NCBI GenBank assembly: GCA_030697555.1
Contig: JAUYPV010000109.1
Coordinates: 7,227 to 71,226, forward strand
Length of the DNA: 64,000 bases
Source of the DNA: Hyphomonadaceae bacterium
GTDB lineage: Bacteria > Pseudomonadota > Alphaproteobacteria > Caulobacterales > Hyphomonadaceae
Reading direction: 5' to 3'
The translations under genes were made by a program, and so were the position numbers. How positions within the stretch are numbered: the stretch's first letter is position 1; each line of letters begins with the position of its first letter. The notes below the pieces were generated by a model that was not told the DNA's origin, made no database searches, and was given only the letters and a program-made list of their open reading frames with translations. Below, piece after piece: positions 37,113 to 47,909 of the stretch.

Positions 37113-37317
37113 CCCCGTGGGGTACGTGTAAATGAGGCACGCCTCCTGATCGGGTGACTGAGGCCCGTGCCGGAAGCGCCAAAATCAGGCTTATCCACAG
37201 GCTTGGGTGGGATTCCGGCCACAGTCGAAGCTGTCACAGGTGGCTTCAGGCGAAGCTTCGCGGGACTGTCACAAATCTCCCCTAGAGGACTCGCGGGACA
37301 GGCGCGGCCGGGCTTTC

Positions 37318-38775
37318 ATGTTTGAACAGATTGCTCAATCTCGGCTGGCGCTAGGCCTGCTGGCTGCGTTGCTGGCCGCCGCATCGGCGGCCTTTTTCAT
37401 GGGCCGAAGCCGGGCCGTCGCGCTGGCGGGGAGCAATCCGCGCTCGCTGCATTCGCGGCCGAACTATCACGGATATCTCGTGGCGCTCTGGACGCTGGGC
37501 CCTTCGCTCGCGGTGCTGGCGCTTTATTCGGTCGGCGGCGACTGGCTGGCCGACCGGCTAGCGCTGAACAGCACGCCAGGGGCGATCGCGGCGCTGCCAT
37601 CCTTTGAGCAGGCAGTGCAGATCGATTCGGCGCGCGCGCTGGCGTCGGGCGGCGGGCTTGCCGCGCCGGACGGCGATTTCGCGGGACCGATCCGCGAGCT
37701 GGCGCACCAGATGTCGATCGAACGCGGCGCGCTGAAGCTGTGGGCGACCATCATCTCCGGGGTTCTCGCCATCGCCGGCCTCGCTTTCAGCATGGCGCGC
37801 ATCCGCAAGGACCGCCGGGCGCGCAACCGGGTGGAGAGCGCGATCAAGCTGGCGCTGATGCTGTGCTCGGGCGTGGCGATCGTCACCACCATCGGCATCG
37901 TGCTGTCGCTGGTGTTCGAGACGATGCGGTTCTTCGGCGAGGTCTCGCCGATGGAATTCCTGTTCGGACTCAAGTGGAGCGCGCAGACGAATATCCGGCC
38001 CGACCAGATCGGCGCATCGGGCGCGTTCGGCGCCGTGCCGCTGATCTACGGTTCGCTGTTGATCACGCTGATCGCGATGATCGTGGCGGCGCCGGTCGGC
38101 CTCTACGCGGCGATCTACCTTTCGGAGTATGCGGGCCCGCGCACGCGTCGGACGGTGAAGCCGATCCTTGAAGTGCTCGCGGGCGTGCCGACGGTTGTCT
38201 ACGGCTTCTTCGCGCTGCTGACCGTGGCGCCGGCGATCCGAGCGTTCGGCGACTGGCTGAACGGCGTGCTGATGTGGATGATGCCGTGGGTCGAGGGGCC
38301 GATCATCAATCCGCAGCCGACCAGCGCGCTGGCTGCGGGGCTTGTTATGGGCGTTATGATCATCCCGTTCGTGTCGTCGCTGTCGGATGACGTGATCAAC
38401 GCAACGCCGCAGACCTTGCGCGACGGCGCCTTTGCGCTTGGCGCGACCAAATCCGAGACCGTGAAGCAGGTGATCCTGCCGGCGGCGCTGCCGGGCGTCG
38501 TGGCGGCGCTGTTGCTCGCCGTGTCGCGCGCCATTGGCGAGACGATGATCGTGGTGATGGCGGCGGGCCAGCGCGCACAGATCACCGCCGATCCGTTTCA
38601 GGACGTGACGACCATCACCGTACAGATCGTCGACCTGCTGACGGGCGACACGGAATTCGACAGTCCGAAAACGCTCTCGGCGTTCGCGCTGGGCTTCGGA
38701 CTGTTCCTGATCACGCTGGTCTTCAACCTGATCGCGCAGCGCGTGGTCAAAGCCTACCGTGAAAAATATGAGTAG
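37318..38775 (+). CDS. pstC: Phosphate ABC transporter permease PstC (long alphaproteobacterial form)
   Basis: C-terminal permease core 'AIGETMIVVMAAG', typical of PstC, with an N-terminal extension containing extra TM segments. The start is taken at MFEQIAQ; the ORF opens at 37207. Confidence 0.88.
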   Translation: MFEQIAQSRLALGLLAALLAAASAAFFMGRSRAVALAGSNPRSLHSRPNYHGYLVALWTLGPSLAVLALYSVGGDWLADRLALNSTPGAIAALPSFEQAVQIDSARALASGGGLAAPDGDFAGPIRELAHQMSIERGALKLWATIISGVLAIAGLAFSMARIRKDRRARNRVESAIKLALMLCSGVAIVTTIGIVLSLVFETMRFFGEVSPMEFLFGLKWSAQTNIRPDQIGASGAFGAVPLIYGSLLITLIAMIVAAPVGLYAAIYLSEYAGPRTRRTVKPILEVLAGVPTVVYGFFALLTVAPAIRAFGDWLNGVLMWMMPWVEGPIINPQPTSALAAGLVMGVMIIPFVSSLSDDVINATPQTLRDGAFALGATKSETVKQVILPAALPGVVAALLLAVSRAIGETMIVVMAAGQRAQITADPFQDVTTITVQIVDLLTGDTEFDSPKTLSAFALGFGLFLITLVFNLIAQRVVKAYREKYE

Positions 38776-38781
38776 CGCCAT

Positions 38782-41451
38782 ATGATCAACGGGAGGGGCA
38801 TCGCCAGCAATCCCGCGGCGCTGAAGCGCCTGAAGCGGCGCTATCGCGAAGAGGGCCGATTCCGCGCCTACGGCCTTGCGGCGATCGCCTTCGCCATCCT
38901 GTCGCTGGCCGTGCTGATGATCTCCATCATTGGCGAGTCGGTGTCGGCGTTCACCAAGCACGAACTCAGCGTCGATGTGATGATCGACCCGGCTGTGGTC
39001 GATCCGACGGGCAAGCGCGATCCAGCGGTGCTCTCCAAGAACGTGTCGGCGTTCTCCGATCTTGTGCGCGATAACCTGAAGCATCGCTTCCCGGATGCGG
39101 CGGACGACCGGGCGCTGCGGCGGCAGCTCAACCGCATGGTTTCGACGCTGGCGGGAACCGATCTCGCCAAGCGCGCCGCGGAAAATCCCGGGTTGATCGG
39201 CCAGACGGCCAAGGTCGCCGTGCCGGTTTCGGACCTGATCGACCTCTATCTCAAGGGTCTCATCACCGACGAGAGGATCGTGAAGGGTGGGGCGGAGGCG
39301 ACAGTCTCGCGCGTTGGCGGCGAAGTGACCGTGCGCGCGCCCGGCGGCTTTGCGGAAGTCTACGAGGACCTGGCGGATCGGCTGCGCGCCGAGGCGAAGA
39401 CGAAGGCGGACGCGGCTGAAGTTTCGCAGCTGGCGATCGAACGCACCAATGTGCGGATCGAAGAGCTGAGCGTGCGGCGCGAGGAGCTGGCGCGGGCGGA
39501 TGCCGGGCGGATCGTCTCCGAGGCCGAAACCTACATGGCGACGGGCGATGAGCGCGATGTGGCGCTGGCACGTGCGGCCGGCGCGGGCGATGCCAACGCG
39601 CTGCGCACGGCGGTGGAAGCGCGGCTGCGTGAGGACGCGGCGACGGCGAACAAGGAAGCGGATGAGCTGCTCAACAAGGGGGCGTCCTATTCCAAGAAGG
39701 CCGTGGATGCCGAGGCCAATGGCGAGCCCACGGCGGAGACGCGGCGCATCCAGGCGGAGACGGCGTATCTGGCGGGCGACAAGCGGCGGGTGGACGCGAA
39801 GTTGCTGGTGGAGCGCGCGGATGCGGTGAAGGCGACATTGCCGGACCTAGTGGTGAGCCAGACGGCGCTGACAGTCGGACGGCCGCTGGCCTCGCTCGGC
39901 ATGCTGGCCGAGGCCGTGTCGCCCCAGGCCGTGGCGGCGGTGAACCTGCAGGAGATCGAGGCGGCGAAGGCCCTGGTGCGCGACCAGGAGCGGCGGATCG
40001 CGCTGCTGGTGGAAGAGGTAGGTACGCTGAAGCCAATCGCGGGGGCGCGTTCGAAGTCGCTGGAGGCGACGGCCATTCCACAGGCGCAGTCGCGGCTTGC
40101 AAGACTGAACCGGGATCTCGAGACGCTGATCGCGACCTCGCTGCGGCTGCAGTCGATCACGACCGGCATGCCGTATGACCCGGCGCCGGCAGATGGCGCA
40201 GCGCCCGATGCAGCGGCGCCGGCGGAGCCTTTCGATCCGATTGCGTTCGTGGAAGCCGAGCGTCAGGCGCAGCTTGGGCTCGACCTCGGCGGGCCGATCG
40301 CGGCGGCGTTCGCGCTGGGCAAGAAGGACGACGTGGCGCTGAAGGCGCTGATGGTGGCGCATGTCGACCTGGATCTGGCGGGCGCTCGACGCGATGCCGA
40401 ACGGCTCACCCGCAAGAAGGACCGCGACACGCAACTCGCCGATGGCGTCCTCGCGCGGCTGTCGTCGCCGGGCGTTCCGATCACGCCGGATCAGTTCTCT
40501 CCCTCGCTGCTGGTCGAGATCAATGGCGGCGTGGTGAAGGCGCTGACCATATCGCCGGACGAAATCGCGGGCGAAATGCTGATCCCGCTGACCAGCAACA
40601 GCGTTGCGGCGAGCGGCGCATGGCAGGTGAGGGAGCTTGAAGTCGCCGAGGCGGACCGGATGGTGACTGACCGTCAGGCGGCGTGGGCCAATGCCTTGAG
40701 TGACTCGGGCGAGATCAAGAGCGTGATCAATTTCGACCTGATCACCAAGGCGGACTCGACCTATCCCGAGCTGGCGGGCCTTGCGGCGGCGCTGGCGGGG
40801 TCGTTCTGGATCATGCTGGTGACCTTGGCGCTGTCCTTGCCGATCGGGGTCGCCGCCGCCATCTACCTCGAGGAATTCGCGCCCCGGAACCGGATCACTG
40901 ACTTTATCGAAGTGAACATCAACAACCTCGCCGCGGTGCCATCGATCGTGTTCGGCCTGCTGGGAGCGGCGGTGTTCATCAACTTCTTCGATTTGCCGCG
41001 CTCGGCGCCGCTGGTCGGCGGGCTGGTGCTGTCGCTGATCACGCTGCCGACGATCATCATTGCGACGCGCGCGGCGTTGGGGGCGGTGCCGCCGTCGATC
41101 CGCGAGGGGGCGCTGGCGGTGGGGGCGAGTCTGCCGCAGACGGTGTTCCACCATGTGCTGCCGCTGGCGGCGCCGGGGGTTCTGACCGGCGCGATCATCG
41201 GTCTTGCTCGCGCGCTGGGGGAAACTGCACCGTTGCTGCTGATCGGAATGGTCGCTTTCGTGGCCGATCCGCCGGACGGTCCGCTGGACAGCGCGACCGC
41301 CCTGCCGGTGCTGGTCTACAAATGGTCGAGTGCGGCAGAACGGGCGTGGCAGCCGATGACATCTGCCGCAATTGTCGTGCTTCTTGTTTTCATGTTTGCG
41401 ATGAACGCACTTGCCGTCTACTTGCGTCGACGGCTGGAGCGGAGATGGTGA
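38782..41451 (+). CDS. pstA: Phosphate ABC transporter permease PstA with a very large inserted loop (889 aa)
   Basis: The N-terminal basic stretch plus TM1 ('[26 protein letters not shown]…') and the C-terminal core ('LEEFAP…[24 protein letters not shown]…ALGETAPLL') are PstA-like. About 600 aa between them have no TM segment. Confidence 0.85.
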   Translation: MINGRGIASNPAALKRLKRRYREEGRFRAYGLAAIAFAILSLAVLMISIIGESVSAFTKHELSVDVMIDPAVVDPTGKRDPAVLSKNVSAFSDLVRDNLKHRFPDAADDRALRRQLNRMVSTLAGTDLAKRAAENPGLIGQTAKVAVPVSDLIDLYLKGLITDERIVKGGAEATVSRVGGEVTVRAPGGFAEVYEDLADRLRAEAKTKADAAEVSQLAIERTNVRIEELSVRREELARADAGRIVSEAETYMATGDERDVALARAAGAGDANALRTAVEARLREDAATANKEADELLNKGASYSKKAVDAEANGEPTAETRRIQAETAYLAGDKRRVDAKLLVERADAVKATLPDLVVSQTALTVGRPLASLGMLAEAVSPQAVAAVNLQEIEAAKALVRDQERRIALLVEEVGTLKPIAGARSKSLEATAIPQAQSRLARLNRDLETLIATSLRLQSITTGMPYDPAPADGAAPDAAAPAEPFDPIAFVEAERQAQLGLDLGGPIAAAFALGKKDDVALKALMVAHVDLDLAGARRDAERLTRKKDRDTQLADGVLARLSSPGVPITPDQFSPSLLVEINGGVVKALTISPDEIAGEMLIPLTSNSVAASGAWQVRELEVAEADRMVTDRQAAWANALSDSGEIKSVINFDLITKADSTYPELAGLAAALAGSFWIMLVTLALSLPIGVAAAIYLEEFAPRNRITDFIEVNINNLAAVPSIVFGLLGAAVFINFFDLPRSAPLVGGLVLSLITLPTIIIATRAALGAVPPSIREGALAVGASLPQTVFHHVLPLAAPGVLTGAIIGLARALGETAPLLLIGMVAFVADPPDGPLDSATALPVLVYKWSSAAERAWQPMTSAAIVVLLVFMFAMNALAVYLRRRLERRW

Positions 41452-42284
41452 TGAGCCGTATGGATCCGATTGCTCCGCCCCGGGAGGGGGACTTGATGAC
41501 AGCCACGGCGGTCAAGCCAACGCGCGACGAGCCCAAGATCAGGGCGAAGGGCGTTTCCGTGTTCTACGGCGACAAGCAGGCGCTGTTCGATGTCTCTCTC
41601 GACATGGCCGAGAAGACGGTGACCGCGCTGATCGGCCCATCGGGCTGCGGCAAGTCCACCTTCCTGCGCTCGATCAACCGGATGAACGACACGATCGAAG
41701 GCGCCCGCGTCATCGGCGAGATCGAGATCGACGGCGAGAACATCAACGACCGGTCGATCGATCCTGTGCTGCTGCGCGCCCGCGTCGGCATGGTGTTCCA
41801 GAAGCCAAACCCGTTCCCGAAATCGATTTTCGACAACGTGGCCTATGGCGCCAAGATCCATGGCCTCGCATCTTCAAAAAAAGAGATGGAAGAGATTGTC
41901 GAGCAGTCGCTCGAGCGGGCCGGCCTGTGGAACGAGGTGAAGGATCGGCTGCACCAGCCCGGCACGAGCCTCTCCGGCGGCCAGCAGCAGCGCCTGGTGA
42001 TCGCGCGCGCCATTGCGGTGAGCCCCGAGATCATCCTGATGGACGAGCCGTGCTCGGCGCTCGACCCCATCGCGACGGCCAAGATCGAGGAGCTGATCGA
42101 CGAACTGCGGTCGAATTACTGCATCGTCATCGTCACCCACTCGATGGCCCAGGCAGCCCGGGTGTCGCAGCGGACAGCATTTTTCCACCTCGGCAAGCTG
42201 GTCGAGGCCGGTGAAACCGAGATGATCTTCACGAACCCGCGGGACTCGCGGACGCAGGACTACATTACCGGGAGATTCGGGTAG
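41445..42284 (+). CDS. pstB: Phosphate ABC transporter ATP-binding protein PstB
   Basis: Walker A 'GPSGCGKST', signature 'LSGGQQQRL', Walker B '[11 protein letters not shown]'. The start is ambiguous (41445, 41451 or 41460) and overlaps or abuts the pstA stop. Confidence 0.93.
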   Translation: MVMSRMDPIAPPREGDLMTATAVKPTRDEPKIRAKGVSVFYGDKQALFDVSLDMAEKTVTALIGPSGCGKSTFLRSINRMNDTIEGARVIGEIEIDGENINDRSIDPVLLRARVGMVFQKPNPFPKSIFDNVAYGAKIHGLASSKKEMEEIVEQSLERAGLWNEVKDRLHQPGTSLSGGQQQRLVIARAIAVSPEIILMDEPCSALDPIATAKIEELIDELRSNYCIVIVTHSMAQAARVSQRTAFFHLGKLVEAGETEMIFTNPRDSRTQDYITGRFG

Positions 42285-42324
42285 AGTACTGGTGGGGTAG
42301 GGACCAGGAACAACAGGTAGAGCG

Positions 42325-43017
42325 ATGACCGAACATACAGTCAGGTCTTTCTCGGCGGATCTCGAGGACCTTTCCGGCGATCTCGCCCGGATGGGCGGCC
42401 TTGCCGAGGACATGCTCTCGGACGCGATCCAGGCGATCGCCACCCGTGACCTCGCCCTGGCCGATACCGTGGTCGCCCGCGACCCGCAGATCGACAACCT
42501 GCAGGTCGAGGCGGAGAAGAAGATCCTGCGGCTTCTTGCTCTGAGGCAGCCTCTTGCGCGGGATCTGCGCCAGACCATTTCGGCGTTGAAGATCGCGGCC
42601 GAGCTGGAGCGTATCGGCGATCTCGCCAAGAACATCGCCAAGCGCGCCAAGGTGCTCGACACGATCGGACCGATTGCGGCTCTGAAGGGCGTGGCGCGCA
42701 TGGGCAAGCTGGTCGGAACGCAGCTCAAGCAGGTGCTTGATGCGTATTCCGCGCAGGAAGCGGATGTCGCCGGCAAGGTGTGGGCGCGCGATGAGGAAGT
42801 CGACGAACACTACCAGTCGCTGTTCCGCGAAGTCGTGACCTACATGATCGAGGATCCCCGGACTATTTCCGCCTGCGCCCATCTTCTGTTTGTCGCAAAG
42901 AATCTGGAACGGATCGGCGACCACTGCACCAACATCGCCGAGGAGATCCACTTCCTGGTGACCGGCGAACAGCTCCCCACCGAAAGGCCGAAAGTCGATG
43001 CCCTCAACAGCAACTGA
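42325..43017 (+). CDS. phoU: Phosphate signalling complex protein PhoU
   Basis: Two PhoU repeats with 'ELERIGDLAKNIAK' and 'NLERIGDHCTNIAE'. Confidence 0.93.
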   Translation: MTEHTVRSFSADLEDLSGDLARMGGLAEDMLSDAIQAIATRDLALADTVVARDPQIDNLQVEAEKKILRLLALRQPLARDLRQTISALKIAAELERIGDLAKNIAKRAKVLDTIGPIAALKGVARMGKLVGTQLKQVLDAYSAQEADVAGKVWARDEEVDEHYQSLFREVVTYMIEDPRTISACAHLLFVAKNLERIGDHCTNIAEEIHFLVTGEQLPTERPKVDALNSN

Positions 43018-43033
43018 ACTTGTACGCCCGCCC

Positions 43034-43734
<701 letters not shown>

Positions 43735-43738
<4 letters not shown>

Positions 43739-44172
43739 TCGTCGGCCGGTTCGCCGATTTCGATGGCGAGCATTTCCATCGTGATGCGCTCGAAGTGCTG
43801 CGCTTCGTAGAACAGGATCGCGCCTGTGTTGTCGGTCTCCGTGGCGACCCAGACAAAGGTGCAGCCCTGCGCCGTGCCCCAGGCGACCAGCGCCTGGACC
43901 AGTTGCGTGGCGATGCCGCGCCGCTGATGCGACGTTGCAGTCCCAAGATTGTCGAGATAGAGGTCCGACGCGCGGTCGGGCTGCAGGTGGATGTTGCCGC
44001 GAACCTGGCCGACGACCATGCCGTCCTCGACAGCCACGAACATGGCGTGGCGCTTGTCCGCCAGATAGGCGGCAAGCATGTCCTGCTTGATCTCATGGTC
44101 GAACACATCTGGGTCGACGTTGCCGAGCAGGCCGGTGTTCTTGGCACTCACCTTGTGGATCAAGACTGGCAT
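43735..44172 (-). CDS. GNAT family N-acetyltransferase
   Basis: 'HQRRGIATQLVQALVAWG' is an acetyl-CoA-binding Q/RxxGxG/A-type motif. SD GGGGAGAG lies before the ATG at 44172. Confidence 0.8.
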
Positions 44173-44303
44173 TTCTCTCCCCAGGGGTCGCGCACGGCCA
44201 CTATCGGGGCCGTTCCGGCGGCGTGTCAAAAGGGGCCTCGCAGGCGGGATGACAATTCCGTGTCATCGGCTTAAAGCCTCCGCGAGACTTGCCGGAGCCG
44301 CCG

Positions 44304-45614
44304 ATGATCCCTCGCTATTCCCGCCCCGATATGACGGCGATCTGGACGCCGGAGACGCGCTATTCGATCTGGCTCGAGATCGAGACGCTGGCGGCCGAGG
44401 CGATGGCCGAGCTGGGGATGATCCCAAAGGATGTGCCGAAAGCTGTGCGCGAGCGGGGCGGGTTCGACGTAAAGCGCATCGACGAGATCGAACGCGAGGT
44501 GAAGCACGATGTCATCGCCTTCCTGACGTCGGTTTCCGAGCATGTTGGGCCGGAGGCGCGCTTCCTCCACCTCGGCATGACGTCGTCGGACGTGCTGGAT
44601 ACCTGCCTCAGCGTGCAGCTGGTGCGGGCGAGCGATATCCTGGTGGCCGGGGTAGACCGGCTGCTGGCGGCGCTGAAGAAGCGGGCGCTGGAACACAAGA
44701 TGACGCCGACCATCGGTCGCAGTCACGGCATCCATGCTGAGCCGACGACGTTCGGCGTGAAGCTGGCGGGGTTCTATGCCGAGATGGCGCGCAACCGCGC
44801 CCGGCTTCTTGTCGCCAAGGAAGAGATTGCGACCTGCGCGATCTCCGGCGCGGTGGGCACCTTCGCCAACATCGATCCGCGCATCGAAGTCATGGTCGCG
44901 AAAAGGCTTGGGCTGAAGCCGGAGCCGGTGTCGACGCAGGTGATCCCGCGCGACCGGCACGCCGCGTTCTTCGCGGCGCTGGCGGTGACGGCGTCGTCCA
45001 TCGAGCGCATCGCCACCGAGATCCGCCACCTGCAGCGCACGGAAGTCCTGGAGGCGGAGGAGTATTTCTCGGAAGGGCAGAAGGGTTCGTCCGCCATGCC
45101 CCACAAGCGCAATCCCGTGCTGACGGAAAACCTCACCGGGCTGGCGCGGCTGGTGCGCTCGGCGGTGATCCCGGCGCTGGAGAACGTCGCGCTATGGCAC
45201 GAGCGCGATATTTCGCACTCGTCGGTGGAGCGGGGCATCGGGCCGGACGCGACCACCCATCTCGACTTCGCGCTGAACCGCCTCGCGCAGGTGATTGAGC
45301 AGTTGCTGGTCTATCCGGACAACATGAAGGCCAATCTGGAAAAGCTCGGTGGGTTGCACAACTCACAGCGCGTGCTGCTGGCGTTGGTGGAGAAGGGCGC
45401 GACGCGCGAGGACGCTTATTGGCTCGTCCAGCGCAATGCGATGAAGGTCTGGAAGGATCCGCGTCGCGGCGAGGGCGACTTCCTGCGCAACCTCGAGGGC
45501 GATGCGGAGGTGACGAAGCTTCTCACCAAGGCGGAGCTCGGCGATATGTTCGACCTCGGCTACCACCTAAAGGCGGTCGACGTGATTTTCGAACGCGTCT
45601 TCGGAAAAGCCTGA
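44304..45614 (+). CDS. purB: Adenylosuccinate lyase
   Basis: 'MIPRYSRPDM' N-terminus and the 'GSSAMPHKRNP' fumarate-lyase signature. Confidence 0.96.
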   Translation: MIPRYSRPDMTAIWTPETRYSIWLEIETLAAEAMAELGMIPKDVPKAVRERGGFDVKRIDEIEREVKHDVIAFLTSVSEHVGPEARFLHLGMTSSDVLDTCLSVQLVRASDILVAGVDRLLAALKKRALEHKMTPTIGRSHGIHAEPTTFGVKLAGFYAEMARNRARLLVAKEEIATCAISGAVGTFANIDPRIEVMVAKRLGLKPEPVSTQVIPRDRHAAFFAALAVTASSIERIATEIRHLQRTEVLEAEEYFSEGQKGSSAMPHKRNPVLTENLTGLARLVRSAVIPALENVALWHERDISHSSVERGIGPDATTHLDFALNRLAQVIEQLLVYPDNMKANLEKLGGLHNSQRVLLALVEKGATREDAYWLVQRNAMKVWKDPRRGEGDFLRNLEGDAEVTKLLTKAELGDMFDLGYHLKAVDVIFERVFGKA

Positions 45615-46038
45615 GACAGAAAACGGGCCGGACCATCGAGGCCCGGCCCAAGTCTGATGGCGGAGCGCGAACACGCGTCAACGTGCACGCTCTGACCAAA
45701 CCTTGATGTCCTCGGGACAAAGGACCCCGCCTGCCTAGGGGAAGCAGGTGAGCTGCCGGGTTCGGTCGGGGGCCAGACCGGCGCCACCGCCGATCTTCAT
45801 GAAAGAGTGTGCCGCCGACCTCTTAAGAAAAATGACCGGCGCCTAAATGCTGTTTGACGATCGATATTCACCTTACCGCGGCGCGAAATGCTCCGCGGCG
45901 GCACAGGCGGCGAGGCCACGCCCGCCGCCACAAAGGGTTGGCGCGTGCGGTGCGCGTGGCTTGGTAAATTGCCGGTGGTTCAGATTGGCGCCAAAGCCAA
46001 AAAAATTCGCAGGTGTCACCGGGGAATCCGGCGGGCCG

Positions 46039-46365
46039 CTACTTTTTCTCTGCCTTCACCTGCGCGATGGCAGTTTCCATCAGCTCGGTCATCTGGCGCT
46101 GGATCTGGTGGTCGGTCATGGCGACGCCGCCCTTTTCCAGATCGCCTTTCACCTTGCGGAAGACGTCTTCATCGCCGGGCGCTTCGAAGTCGGATTTGAC
46201 CACTTCCGTGGCGTAGGTGGCGGCTGCTTCACCGGTTTTTCCCAACAGGCCGGCGGCCCACAGGCCCAGAAGCTTGTTGCGGCGCGCGTTCGCCTTGAAA
46301 CGCAGTTCCTGGTCGAGGGCGAACTTTCCTTCTTCAGCCCGCTCCCGCTTGTCGAATCCGCTCAA
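46039..46365 (-). CDS. DUF1476 protein (alphaproteobacterial F1-ATPase inhibitor zeta-subunit family)
   Basis: 'MSGFDKRERAEEGKFALDQELRFKANARRNKLLGLWAA…' resembles the Paracoccus zeta subunit/DUF1476 family. Recognised from memory. Confidence 0.75.
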   Translation of the reverse strand: MSGFDKRERAEEGKFALDQELRFKANARRNKLLGLWAAGLLGKTGEAAATYATEVVKSDFEAPGDEDVFRKVKGDLEKGGVAMTDHQIQRQMTELMETAIAQVKAEKK

Positions 46366-46612
46366 CGTGGGTCTCCCTCAACTTGGTCGTCCAAGGCGTC
46401 CTTGGGCTGGATATAGCCCCGGTTCCGGGCAATTGCATCCCCGGTTGGGACCAATGCGTCCTTGAATCGCATCGGGATTTGGCGATTCCGGGGCGTAATC
46501 CCCAGACGCAAGGCAACCGGCAGGCAGACGGGCCCTGCGGGATGCTATAGGAAAGCCGGTCCGGAATATGAGTCTGGCGGTACATGGAAATCCGCCGGCT
46601 GGGAGACTGTCG

Positions 46613-47374
46613 ATGGCCAAGCGCCGCAAGATCTACGAAGGCAAGGCGAAGATCCTCTACGAGGGGCCCGAGCCAGGCACTCTGATCCAGTACTTCAAGG
46701 ACGACGCGACCGCGTTCAACAACGAGAAGCGCGCGGTGCTCGACGGCAAGGGCGTGCTGAACAACCGCATCAGCGAATTCGTGATGATGCAGCTGAACGC
46801 CATCGGCCTGCCGACGCACTTCCTGAAGCGCCTGAACATGCGCGAGCAGCTTATCCGCGAAGTCGAGATCATTCCGCTCGAAGTCATCTGCCGCAACGTG
46901 GCGGCGGGCTCGATCTCCAAGCGCCTCGGCATCGAGGAAGGCACGCAGTTGCCGCGCTCGATAATCGAGTTCTGCTACAAGAAGGACGAGCTGGGCGACC
47001 CGCTGGTCTCGGAAGAACACATCACGGCGTTCAACTGGGCGACCAACCAGGAGATCGACGACATCATCGCGATGACGCTGAGGATCAACGACTTCCTCAC
47101 CGGACTGTTCGCCGGCGTCTCGATCAAGCTGGTGGATTTCAAGGTGGAATACGGCCGCCTCTACGAGGGCGACATGGTTCGCACCGTGCTGGCCGACGAG
47201 ATCAGCCCCGATTCGTGCCGGCTGTGGGACATGGCGACCGGCGAGAAACTCGACAAGGACCGCTTCCGCCGCGACTTGGGCGGCGTCACCGACGCCTACG
47301 CCGAAGTTGCGCGCCGCCTTGGAATCATCAAGGAGAAGAGCGGAGCGGAGATCCTGTCGTTCTCCGGTAAGTAG
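46613..47374 (+). CDS. purC: Phosphoribosylaminoimidazole-succinocarboxamide synthase
   Basis: '[31 protein letters not shown]…[14 protein letters not shown]' is the SAICAR synthetase signature. The start is taken at MAKRRK. Confidence 0.95.
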   Translation: MAKRRKIYEGKAKILYEGPEPGTLIQYFKDDATAFNNEKRAVLDGKGVLNNRISEFVMMQLNAIGLPTHFLKRLNMREQLIREVEIIPLEVICRNVAAGSISKRLGIEEGTQLPRSIIEFCYKKDELGDPLVSEEHITAFNWATNQEIDDIIAMTLRINDFLTGLFAGVSIKLVDFKVEYGRLYEGDMVRTVLADEISPDSCRLWDMATGEKLDKDRFRRDLGGVTDAYAEVARRLGIIKEKSGAEILSFSGK

Positions 47375-47418
47375 CCCGCTTCGCGGGTTGGCAGCGGCAA
47401 GTAGGCGAGCGAGAAACG

Positions 47419-47661
47419 ATGCGCGCTAAAGTTCACGTAAGCCTCAAGGCAGGCGTGCTCGATCCTCAGGGCAAGGCGGTCGGCGATGCGCTGGGTCGCC
47501 TTGGGTTCGACGAGGTCGGCGGCGTGCGCTGCGGCAAGACCATCGAACTCGAACTCAAGGACGGCCTTAGCAAGGCCGACGCAGAGAAACGCGTGAAAGA
47601 GATGTGCGAGAAGCTGCTCGCCAACACCGTTGTCGAGCGCTACTCGATCGAGATCGCCTGA
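47419..47661 (+). CDS. purS: Phosphoribosylformylglycinamidine synthase subunit PurS
   Basis: 80 aa. 'VHVSLKAGVLDPQGKAV..AL..LGF' is the PurS fold sequence. It lies directly after purC. Confidence 0.93.
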   Translation: MRAKVHVSLKAGVLDPQGKAVGDALGRLGFDEVGGVRCGKTIELELKDGLSKADAEKRVKEMCEKLLANTVVERYSIEIA

Positions 47662-47664
47662 AGC

Positions 47665-47805
47665 TTAGTTCTTCGCGTCTTCCGCACGGTCTTCGACGTG
47701 GTCGCCGGCCTTCTCCAGGTCCTGGCCAAAGCCTTTGACCGTGTTGCAGGCGGCGGCGAGCAGCGGGGCGGTGAGAAGCAGGGCCGCGAAGATCAGCTTG
47801 CGCAT
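47665..47805 (-). CDS. Entericidin EcnA/B-type small lipoprotein (46 aa), not in the ORF track
   Basis: My own translation: MRKLIFAALLLTAPLLAAACNTVKGFGQDLEKAGDHVEDRAEDAKN. GGAGA lies 7 nt before the ATG. The CNTxxGxGxD core matches E. coli EcnA/EcnB as I remember them. Confidence 0.75.
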   Translation of the reverse strand: MRKLIFAALLLTAPLLAAACNTVKGFGQDLEKAGDHVEDRAEDAKN

Positions 47806-47830
47806 TTCCAGGTCTCCAAAATGCATGAGT

Positions 47831-47854
47831 GCGGGTCCACGAAAATGGACCCGC
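47831..47854 (-). terminator. Intergenic hairpin between the two small entericidin-like genes (possible attenuator or processing site)
   Basis: Perfect 9-bp stem GCGGGTCCA/TGGACCCGC with a 6-nt loop. The U-tract on the minus strand is not immediately adjacent (…ACUCAUGCAUUUUGG), so termination is uncertain. Confidence 0.35.
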
Positions 47855-47909
47855 CAATACCAGAAGAACGCGGAATGGCCGGGCGCGGTTCCCGGCTGCG
47901 TCGTCGCGG

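Noticed and set aside
37191-37199. A perfect DnaA box, TTATCCACA, just upstream of pstC. Could this be oriC?
   Set aside because: - It is a single box.
- There is no AT-rich unwinding element and no cluster of boxes.
- None of the usual origin-neighbour genes (hemE, dnaA, parAB) is nearby.
- One chance occurrence in 64 kb read on both strands is not remarkable.
37231-37272. Two CTGTCAC heptamers upstream of pstC, considered as a Pho box.
   Set aside because: Pho boxes are two direct repeats with 11-bp periodicity (CTGTCAT-N4-CTGTCAT). These heptamers are 35 bp apart, and neither has an acceptable partner half-site 11 bp away. A real but divergent PhoB site cannot be excluded without a genome-specific matrix.
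37558-41154. Two long minus-strand ORFs (37558-39084 and 39847-41154) opposite pstC and pstA.
   Set aside because: Both give Arg/His/Asp-rich nonsense-like translations antisense to transporter genes with clear permease motifs. They are shadow ORFs.
46574-46612. A hairpin, CUGGCGG-N11-CCGCCGG, followed by CUGGGAG in front of purC. It is reminiscent of the GACUGGCG … CCGCCUGGGC elements of the ZTP (pfl) riboswitch.
   Set aside because: The two elements are only 11 nt apart, leaving no room for the P1/P2 sub-domain. The 3' element has an inserted GC. The GGGAGA is more simply the purC SD. The whole is probably an ordinary leader hairpin.
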